Shown here one piece after another: positions 54,667 through 64,000 of a stretch of DNA of 64,000 nt. The DNA lies in contig OX597816.1 of the NCBI GenBank assembly GCA_951406725.2, forward strand, positions 18,662,001 through 18,726,000. Direction: 5' to 3'. Under the pieces are notes generated by a model, which saw nothing but the letters and a program-made list of their open reading frames with translations, made no database searches and was not told where the DNA came from. Both the position numbers and the translations under genes were made by a program. Source of the stretch: Octopus vulgaris (lineage: Eukaryota). Within the stretch, counting starts at the first letter, position 1, and every line of letters begins with the position of its first letter.

Positions 54667-55823
54667 CAATATTGTCATTCCTCATTGCTATATAGGCTTT
54701 AATTTATGACTTCGACTACGGTTTCTTTAAATAGGATTTTGTCTCTGATGCAGTTTGCGTGCAATATCTATGTTTATATATATAGCGATATGCGTCCATT
54801 GAAGTGAACTGTTGTTTAGCATCCCTCAAGGGAAACAAAGTATACATATATGTTCGGCATGTCGAGTAGCTGCTGCATAGATTCAGTAATCTCATTAACC
54901 CTTATTTGTATACATGGACAGTAAATTTCTTTGCGGTCTTTGATGTATTATGCACTGGATCTATGTGCTAACCTATGCTGTTACAATTAATGTATCCAAA
55001 TTCGTATCTACATCATTCCGATCTATAAATAACAAATTTACAATTATTTAAGGTGTGTATACATTTTTTTGGGACACCCTGTATATATAGACTATTCCTA
55101 TCATTATGTTTATTATTATTATTATTATTGAGTGAGAGAGCAGTTCATGCCATCAAAGTGACACTGGGGTAAAATATACGAAGCCCACGTATTTAGTTCT
55201 CATATTTGTTTAAAATTTGGACACTAGACCAGCAAGATGAACACGGGGTGGAAGAGTGCTTAATTGGTACATATTTCATCGATCTGAAAAGCAAAGTCGA
55301 CCTCTGTAGAATTTGAACTTAGCCTGTAAAAACGGACACAAAGCCGTTTAGCATTCTTGCTTGCGTGTTGTTGGAAAAGAAATTTATTAAAAGTGCATTT
55401 TATGAGATGAGAAGTTTGCTGTGAAATACAAGAATAGAATCTCTGCACAAGATTTTCTCACCATTGATTTAAACATCTTGTAATACAGAAAGGAAGCCCT
55501 CGAGGGGGATGAGGGCGTATTTTCGGGGCCTGTAGTTATATTCTATTTGTGCTGTGGATGTTCATGAATATTTTATCAGAAAAATATGGTTTTAAGCCAG
55601 TTTTCAACATTGATTTGCAATAGATATTCCTGTAGTAGAGAAGGGCAATGCTTCATTGTGGTGTTCATTTATGCTTGTTTATTGTAATCTTTCGTTTAAT
55701 TCGGGCAATGTTTAAAAAACATGCTTGGGGCTCAAAAGTATCGAAATGTGTTGAAGGGCATATGATATTATCTTTGGAACATACAAGTGTGCCCATATAG
55801 ACATACATTAGACGTGTGAATAC

Positions 55824-55854
<31 letters not shown>

Positions 55855-56088
55855 CATACATACATACATACATACATACATACATACATACGTACATACT
55901 GTCTTCTAATTAAATTCCATATATGGAGCTCTGAAATCCCCTTTACCTTATTTCTATAATTAGAAAATTCTTTATTGTCTCTTTCCAATTATTCTTCCCT
56001 CTCAGAATCTTACAGTAGTCTGGAGCAACCGAATCTTAGTCAGTCAGTTGATGGGTTCTACTACCTCAAATGTTCTTAAAATTTAAAT

Positions 56089-56172
56089 CCACATATTTGT
56101 CTATATATCTACCTTCTCTATAATGTTGCCACATCTTTGTCTATATATCTACCTTCTCTATAATGTTGCCAC
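56089..56172 (+). repeat. 40-bp tandem duplication
   Basis: ccacat(a/c)tttgtctatatatctaccttctctataatgttg repeated twice. Confidence 0.93.
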
Positions 56173-56208
56173 TTGATATGAAAATTTTTGTATTAATGGA
56201 AAACCTCT

Positions 56209-56303
56209 GTAATTGGCTGATGAGTACTCAGCATTTTAAAACTGTTGTAATACTTACAACATTTAATAAAATGATGTAGTACGAAACGATCGTACTAAAT
56301 TAC
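56209..56303 (+). ncRNA. Type I hammerhead ribozyme, extended stem II, loop III GAUC
   Basis: Stem I GUAAUUGG/CUAAAUUAC (one bulge); CUGAUGA 56217-56223; stem II GUACU..CAUUUUA..UGUUGUAA-UAC-UUACAACA..UAAAAUG..AGUAC; GAAA 56283-56286; AC-GAUC-GU; triplet GUA ending 56294. Downstream sequence is homologous to that of the 3172 hammerhead. Confidence 0.87.
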
Positions 56304-56427
56304 CGGAGTCATTCTTGTTGCTTATTTTGATTATAATCACCCCAAGGATGTTTAGGGATAACACCATACAGAAGTCTAGTGCATCTAAATTAAGTACCAT
56401 GTTCATTTGAATCTATATTTTGCTGAA

Positions 56428-56475
<48 letters not shown>

Positions 56476-56482
56476 CCATTCC

Positions 56483-56650
<168 letters not shown>

Positions 56651-56669
56651 AAATACTGAATAATACTAA

Positions 56670-58490
56670 TAAGCTGTTTCACAGTACCTTCTTTGACAAA
56701 GTATTTATCAAATACCTGAAAATATTTCGCCGCTTAAAATGAAGAGCTCGGTAGATTATATAAAGACGGATATATATTTGTCACGTACCCTAATTCTCTT
56801 TGCTCTACCTGATACATCAGTATGTGGAGCTGAATTAAGTGCTGCAATGATCATATTAATATACCTATCAGTTTATATTTACAAACTTCAGTCTAGGTTC
56901 CTGAAAAGTAGGCCAACCTGTTTTATCATATTGGTTAAATGTTTTTATGTGCTTTCGCAGGAAACGGAAAAAATGACAAAACATTGTTAGATATAATTCC
57001 AGTATTTCAACGACGTTTCTTATCAATATGCGGCAAATAACATAGCAAAGACTTTCTAAAAATCAGAAAAGAAGCGTAAAATCAACGAGCGACATATTTC
57101 TGTTTTACTTATCTACTTTTATCTATATTGAAAGGAGAAATATATTTCCAATTATCTAGATATTCGGCATAAAAAATGTACTTGAAGCATTTCACAAATA
57201 AAAGGGAAAAAAAAGATCTGAGATTCGCACTTTAGTTTCATGCTTAACGCTGGTTTGTCTGGAGAAGACATGCGCATTTCTAATCTGAAACACTTTATAT
57301 ACCGATTTAATCGGGACCAGGTTATTAGTTTACCGTATATGATTTTACTTCTGAAGACAGTGGGCGTCGTCTAACGACATTATAACGACGCGATATTTCA
57401 AACTAAATTCTTATTATCTCGGTTGAATTAATTTAAATTTGCTTATAACGACCTTTGTGTTATCCTTAGGGTGACAATTACCCCTTAACGTCAGTATGTC
57501 TGTTCATTACGAAACATATTTGCTCTTCGAGAAGAAATTCTAAGCAATCCTACAGTGTTTCAACAAATATCATTGTCTCAAAATTGATATTCCTTTTCAC
57601 GATACATACAATGTTATTATAATCACAGGAGGCTTAAAATTCAATTATATTATTGATAGAGTATAACAGATTTAAGCTTCGAACTTACAGCTGAACTTCT
57701 AATTAATGCATATAGTATGAACAACAAACTGAAGTTTCTACCATGACATGTAATAATCTAAAAAAAAAATTAAGTCATACCAAGGAACATGAGCATGAAT
57801 ATGAGAAGCTTCGTATGTGGGAAAATTTGTAGCAGTACAGAAACAATGATAGCCGAATTCAATTTCAGTCAATATGGTAGGGATTGATTTCCGTTTCAAA
57901 TACAAGTGTTGATATTATGTTACTAATATATTTTAAGGTTATGTAAAAATTTGGTAGAAATACGTACTATTTGCATATGGTTTCCAACATTTTCGATGTA
58001 TGCTTTCACCCTTCACTTTTCATTATACGTGATCGAAATACGAATGCAAATTTCGTAAAAAAAGAAAAACAATGGTTATTTCATCGTTTAATTACACCTT
58101 TAACTTACATATCGATAATATTCGTACAGCCAAATTTAATTCCTAAAGTTTAAAAGAAATCTCAATTATTTAACATCAACGAAGGAATATTCGGGCTAAG
58201 AGTTATGACGAGTGGAAAGTTAATCTAAGATAAATTTAAGAAATGGTAGAAAAGTCACTATGAGAGAGCAATAGACATTAAGAACAATATACTAACCGTA
58301 TGCACACAGTCTCCAGCTGTCAGAAGAGAAATTCAATCTACTTGAGACATAGTATGTGAAATTAAATACGCAGCCAGAAGGACACTTTCGTATCTCTACA
58401 AAATCATGTAACGAAAATATTAATATCCTCAATACTGGACAGAAACTACTGGACAATTTATTATAATGCGTGAAATTTTGAAGGTGGAGC
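56670..58490 (-). pseudogene. Possible decayed LRR (Toll-like receptor-like) pseudogene, N-terminal ectodomain
   Basis: Broken minus-strand frames read KCPSGC, VLNVYCS, PEYSFVDVK*LRFLLNFRN*I, FLHNLKIY, DILTLRGNC, SLKY-ISNNVLS, PRLKFVNIN and LYNLPS, resembling LRRNT plus LRR repeats. Heavily decayed. Confidence 0.42.
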
Positions 58491-59509
58491 AAAAGTTAAA
58501 CAGATTTATTATCAGAGTATTTGTAGTGAGAATGGATTTTTTCTATCGTCAAGAAAAATATTATTTCGTTACATGAGAGATCAATTAATTAAGTAGTGTT
58601 CAATACGACATATTTTTCTTTCTACTATGGTAGTTTTCTCAGTATATCAAACTTATTCTTCACTTGATTTCTATGTGTAGTTGGAGTTGTGGTGGTGGTG
58701 GTGGTGCGGAATCATGAAGTCAGTGTTGGTTAATACAGACATAACACAATACGACTGAAGTATTTCTCAGTAAATGTTTGATGTACCTCGAGTGACTAGA
58801 TTTTCTCTGGATGTATTACAACATTTCATGGTATCGGAAATATATTCTATAAAGCTTTCGCCTTGCAGAATGAGGAAGTGTACTCCACATACACTATGCT
58901 ACTTTTTCTGACAGAGTAATGACACAGAAGAGACTGAGAGAAAGAAACGGGGGAGATGTTCTTACTTTCCGTCTATACATCAGGCAAGCAACAAAGGAAA
59001 AATTATGTGACGGATATTCAAGAACACTTGAAGAGGCTACAATCCAAGAACAGCTAATTCACATAGTGACTTAAACACCATACTGTGCACAGACCATTAT
59101 TTTTCTACCTCGAGTAGCATGGGATTTGCAGAATAAATTCAAACGTAAGAAAGGTTTCATTGAGTTTAGTGCACTTCATGGAATTTGAGTCAAACAAAGC
59201 CAAACAAAAATGTATTGGTGATAGGTGTTTTGGATGGACTAATGCGCTGAAGAGAGTGCCGCTCTGGGAAAGTGTTCATCTCTTGAACGATGTGGAACTC
59301 AAATATCGAAAGTAATGACTGTTTGGATCGCTGCAAGATCAAATTTTAACAAACCTAGCGGCATTATAGGAATACACACGTGTACAAATGCTCCCGTGCC
59401 ACCATTTCCAACTTTATTTGCTATCCTTATATTATTTATTTTGTAAGGATACCTTACCACTTTCAATTCTCTGCCCCCTCTCTCTCTGTATGTATATATA
59501 TATATAAAT

Positions 59510-60335
59510 ATATATATCTAAACGGCAGTTTGTCTGTCTGTGTGTCTGTGAGGTTGTACCCTCACCCTGACCACGGCTTTCAACCGATTCTAATTACACT
59601 TGACACACATATAGCCCAATGCCATAATTCAAAACTAACGCAGCGAAAATTTTGAAAAGTTCCCCCAGTTCTGAAAAAATTTGATAAATTCGACATGGAG
59701 TCGAGAATCTAAGTTTCTTATATGCAACACATTTTCTGTTGTAGTTTTCGCAACTTGCAATCGATTTTCACCAATCTCATGGTGAAGCTTAATGTTACCC
59801 TAAGAAACTTAATTCTGACGTTAGTTTTCCATGCAATACCTTACCATCAGAAAAAATCAATAAAATCATGCCATTTTGCGAAATCGCGTTCAAATTCAAG
59901 ATGACATATTTTCGACAATATCTATCACAAATTGGCAGGATTTTTTTTTAAATTCCCAGCGAGCATCATGTCTGCTCCAAGGAGCTATATGGCCCTTTTT
60001 ATTCCAATAGGATACATTATTACTGGAAAAAATTGGTTAATTAAATCATATGTGGCACACATAGCAAACCGATTCGTGTATTAAACACAAACCACAGACT
60101 GTCTAGGGGACTCAACTCGACCTTTTTAACTCTCTTGGAAGGTGCAATGATGTTTTCATGTTTTCGCCCAAAGGGACAGCTAGTAACATCGTATACACAG
60201 ATGTATTCGAGTGAAGAGAATACATTGCAACCTACACATGAGCCTTCGTTCCCTAGGGGGAAAGGACTAGATTGGGATTAGTCATTGCCTACTAGGGGCT
60301 CTTACATACCCGGGCAACGCCGGGCTATGCTGCTA

Positions 60336-60336
<1 letters not shown>
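59510..60336 (+). mobile_element. Non-autonomous Helitron retaining the last codons of the RepHel helicase
   Basis: 5' part homologous to 22596-22970; 3' hairpin cccgg-gcaacg-ccggg at 60309-60324 then CTAG 60333-60336 followed by T; 60137-60214 reads GRCNDVFMFSPKGTASNIVYTDVFE*. The exact 5' end is blurred by TA repeats. Confidence 0.87.
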
Positions 60337-60419
<83 letters not shown>

Positions 60420-60443
60420 GTATATATATACATATGTATATAT

Positions 60444-60473
60444 CATACAAAGTCCCTTATTTACGTTTATTAT

Positions 60474-60513
<40 letters not shown>

Positions 60514-60544
60514 TAATAATAAACTCAAATAAGGGACTTTGTAT
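60444..60544. repeat. Palindrome centred on a (TA)n tract
   Basis: atacaaagtcccttattt..gtttattattacta (TA)n tagtaataataaac..aaataagggactttgtat. Confidence 0.9.
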
Positions 60545-61318
60545 TTTAAGCGTTGCAAAGTTTTCTGAACTTTGTAAAAATGTCTAAATATCAATTATCT
60601 TTTCCGTGATATTTATCAATGTCTCACTCTAGCCTGGTGGCCCTCGTCTATATGTCTCTCTTTGCAGCGCATTATGTGGTATATCATAAATCTTTCTGCG
60701 GTGAGTGTATATATATGTGTGTGTGTGTGTGTGTGTTTGCGTGTTTGTGTGTGCGTGTGCCTGTGTGCATATGTGTGTGTTTATGTGTATCCATATGTTA
60801 CAATAATTTCAATTACGAAAGTCGATTTTTCTTACACTTCACGTGTTCAAATGCATTGATGCATTGGACTTCGAGAAATGCTGAAGTATCACTTTATACG
60901 CTCTTAATTAATATTAATGTAATATCTGTCACTAGATTTCCATTTTGCCTTAATACCACTAATATTAGTATATCACTAATATTGTTCTGATACCATAAGT
61001 AAGATTCTGTTTAAAAAAAATGTTATTCTATATTAATATTTCTTCCCAACGTGAACAATGTGTTGCAAACGTATCACGCAAGACATAATGCTATTCAGCA
61101 ATTAGTTACCTCATATCAATAATTGCGTTTCCTGATTTCAAACCATAATATTGGTTGTTGCCATTACTACTTCCATGGAGTTCAAAGACATGTGTAATGG
61201 TTTCATGCTGAGTGGGATCGACCTAGCAATTTGAAGTGTCTGTGTTACTAATGAAGTAAAATGACATACATTATGTAACATTTTCCTTCTCACACATATT
61301 GCTATCGTACAAAAGAAC

Positions 61319-61396
<78 letters not shown>

Positions 61397-61544
61397 GTAT
61401 CTGTCTGTCTATCTATCTATCTATCTGTATATATATATATATATATAACGGGAAGGTTTACGAAAATAAACAAAAGACGAAGGCAGGTAGAGTATAAACA
61501 AAAAAATGTATTAGTATAGCGCTCAGGAATAGAAATAGAAAAAG

Positions 61545-61582
61545 TCTTTTACGTTTCGAGCCTACGATCTTCGACAGAAAGA
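61545..61582 (-). ncRNA. Minimal hammerhead-like motif, CUGUCGA-A core variant, in element 61447-61640 abutting (TA)n/(CTAT)n
   Basis: Minus strand UCUUU CUGUCGA A GAUC-GUAG-GCUC GAAAC GUA AAAGA. Confidence 0.58.
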
Positions 61583-62644
61583 TACACAGAAAAAAACAAT
61601 GAGAGAAACAAGGAGAGAAAACAATGCATGAAGAAGCTAACGATCTATCAGATAGATAGATAGAAAGATATTCAACGTTGCCTACGTAATATGAAATACA
61701 CATTTACATAAACACATATATAATGTATACATACATAGAAGCACATAAATATATTTATACATATACATATATACAGAACCATATATGTGCACATGTACAT
61801 ATTCATGTAAGACGGCTTCTTTAAAAGTGAGTTTCTGAACCACTTTCAGTTAAAAGGTAGTTTTTATTGTTTTTCTTTTTTGTAAGATTATACCCACTTA
61901 ACCAATCATAAATCATTCAATGTTATTCTTTTAGTTACAAAGATTTGGAACACCTTGTAATACGCAACGACGTGTCATTCAGAATGGATTTGAAGAACTG
62001 CTTTTCAATAACGTAGCATTTTTACCTTAATGAACAAGGTGATATTGAGAGGAACACTGTCAATACAAATACCAACCAAGCCAAGACTTTTGTGTCATGT
62101 AACACGATCTAAATTGTTTTTGCTTTCGTATGTTCTTTGCGTTTAAATAAAGACTTCGCCTGCAGTTATGACAAAGCAAATTAAATTCTTATTTTTGGCA
62201 ATATGAAATATTTAACTACTGCGGCTAAGCTCATCCAAACTAAAACCTCTTTTTCATTTATGTAACCGGAATGTTTATTTGCCTGAAAGTCATGTCTCTC
62301 CTGAAATACTAGACGGTATTTTGCAGACATTACCTACTGCCCAAAACCTACCTTGGAGACGAAGAAAAAAAGTAAACGAAGCTATATCACTGTGATTGCG
62401 ATCCCTAACTCTCACACAAGTGTTATATTCAACTAACGAAGGATATTCATCCCACTGGTTCAAGTAAGTGGTATACACAGCTTAAAAATATTTTAAACTC
62501 ATATTTTGAAGATGAATTTCACAGAAGTTACATTATTTACATTTGTCCTCATCTTGTTTGTTGTTAACACAACGTTTCGGCTGATAAACCCTACAGACAC
62601 CTTGAGGTGTCTTGGGGAGATTAACTACTACGCTATGTGCCCCC

Positions 62645-62720
62645 GGGCATATGCCGTAGTGGTTCAGAGCTCGGGCTACTAACCCCAAGATTCCGAGTTC
62701 GATTTCAAGCAGTGACCTGA
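62645..62720 (+). mobile_element. tRNA-like SINE head followed by (AAT)n
   Basis: gggcatatgccgtagtggttcagagctcgggctactaaccccaagattccgagttcgattt has A-box/B-box-like motifs but a poor acceptor stem. Confidence 0.65.
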
Positions 62721-62722
62721 AC

Positions 62723-62839
<117 letters not shown>

Positions 62840-62909
62840 TGATGATGATGATGATAATAACATCGAAAAGTACCTTAGGAATGAGAACTCAGATTCGAAA
62901 TTTCCCCAA

Positions 62910-62955
62910 GACACCTGATGAAGGCTGGAGGGTATATCAGCCGAAACGTTGTGTT
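62910..62955 (+). ncRNA. Minimal type I hammerhead (PLE type)
   Basis: GACAC CUGAUGA A GGCUG-gaggguauau-CAGCC GAAAC GUU GUGUU; stem III reduced to the palindrome AACGUU. Confidence 0.8.
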
Positions 62956-63546
62956 AACAATAAACACAATGAGGACAATTATCCGTCGAATGTAAATAAT
63001 GTAAATAATATACATAATTCCTCATGTCTTAAATATAGAACCGTACGAATTTCACAGGTAGTTCAAATTATCATTAAATAATTAAAAGATATTTTAAAGT
63101 AATAAATGGATCACCCTCTTTCATGTTAAGCATTAATATTGATATCTCTGATGAATGCATAAATACATATGAGTTTTAATACATGCTTGTGAATGGCTAC
63201 TGTAAACCTGAAAAAGCAAATGTAAATGTCTAGAATGCACGAAGTAATAACATTACAAATGTTACTCTGGAGGAGAGAGAAATTAGCACAAAAATCAATC
63301 CGTATTGTAGAATAGAACAAATATCATCAACAGGTGTAATATCATTCCAAAGTAATCCAGTTTCACCACACTTTAAAATTTACACAAATACACAGCGATG
63401 CTGTGGTCCTGATACTGAAGAGGTGAGCGATCACTTGAGAGACTCCGACTGAAAACTACTAAACTGTTTCAATAGCCACAGTGAAGTAAATGTTTCTTTG
63501 TAAATGAAAGCGTATGTATAGATAAACGTTAAACAAAACATTTGTA

Positions 63547-63962
63547 TCTCTTTACTCTTTTACTCTTTTACTTGTTTCAGTCATTTGACTGCGGCCATGC
63601 TGGAGCACCGCCTTTAGTCGAGAAAATCGACCCCGGGACTTATTCTTTGTAAGCCCAGTACTTATTCTATCAGATTTTTTGCCGAACCGCTAAGTGACGG
63701 GGACGTAAACACACCAGCATCGGTTGTCAAGCAATGCTAGGGGGACAAACACAGACACACAAACACACACACATACATATATCTATATATAAATATATAC
63801 GACAAGCTTCTTTCAGTTTCCGTCTACCAAATCCACTCACAAAGCATTGGTCGGCCCGGGGCTATAGCAGAAGACACTTGCCCAAGATGCCACGCAGTGG
63901 GACTGAACCCGGAACCATGTGGTTCGTAAGCAAGCTAATTACCACACAGCCACTCCTGCGCC
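63547..63962 (-). mobile_element. SINE family A, full length, little diverged
   Basis: Close reverse complement of 3468-3885. Confidence 0.92.
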
Positions 63963-64000
63963 ATGACATTAACAAAATATTTGGACGTTAACAAAATATT

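Noticed and set aside
55050-55085. Tc1/mariner-like TIR gggacaccctgta (similar ggaacaccttgta near 61950)
   Set aside because: No matching opposite TIR or transposase found, so no element can be delimited.
62645-62720. Functional tRNA gene
   Set aside because: Acceptor and T stems pair poorly and it runs into an (AAT)n tail, which fits a SINE head.
63414-63450. CUGAAGA plus hairpin as a hammerhead
   Set aside because: Followed by GAGA rather than GAAA, with no stem I or III.

Overview
AT-rich, intergenic-looking animal DNA with no intact protein-coding gene. The SINE families and dense (TA)n/(AAT)n/(ATC)n microsatellites resemble octopus/cephalopod DNA (inference from recalled repeat families, not a database match). 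The window holds a 5'-truncated, frameshifted Penelope-like retroelement (GIY-YIG endonuclease) with an inverted copy, many tRNA-derived SINE copies, RTE- and CR1-type LINE 3' ends, two non-autonomous Helitrons, a MITE, and two possible decayed LRR/Toll-like receptor pseudogenes. The most striking signal is about a dozen type I hammerhead ribozyme motifs in short non-coding elements in or beside microsatellites. Five have a long stem II insertion and each has a different self-complementary loop III (AAUU, GUAC, AUAU, GAUC, near-palindromic GUGCAU). One has a compensatory G3:C8 core swap. One lies in a 487-bp partial-tandem unit resembling a retrozyme/circular-RNA insertion. Several palindromes are centred on (TA)n tracts. 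All folds, alignments and translations were done by eye, so coordinates are approximate.
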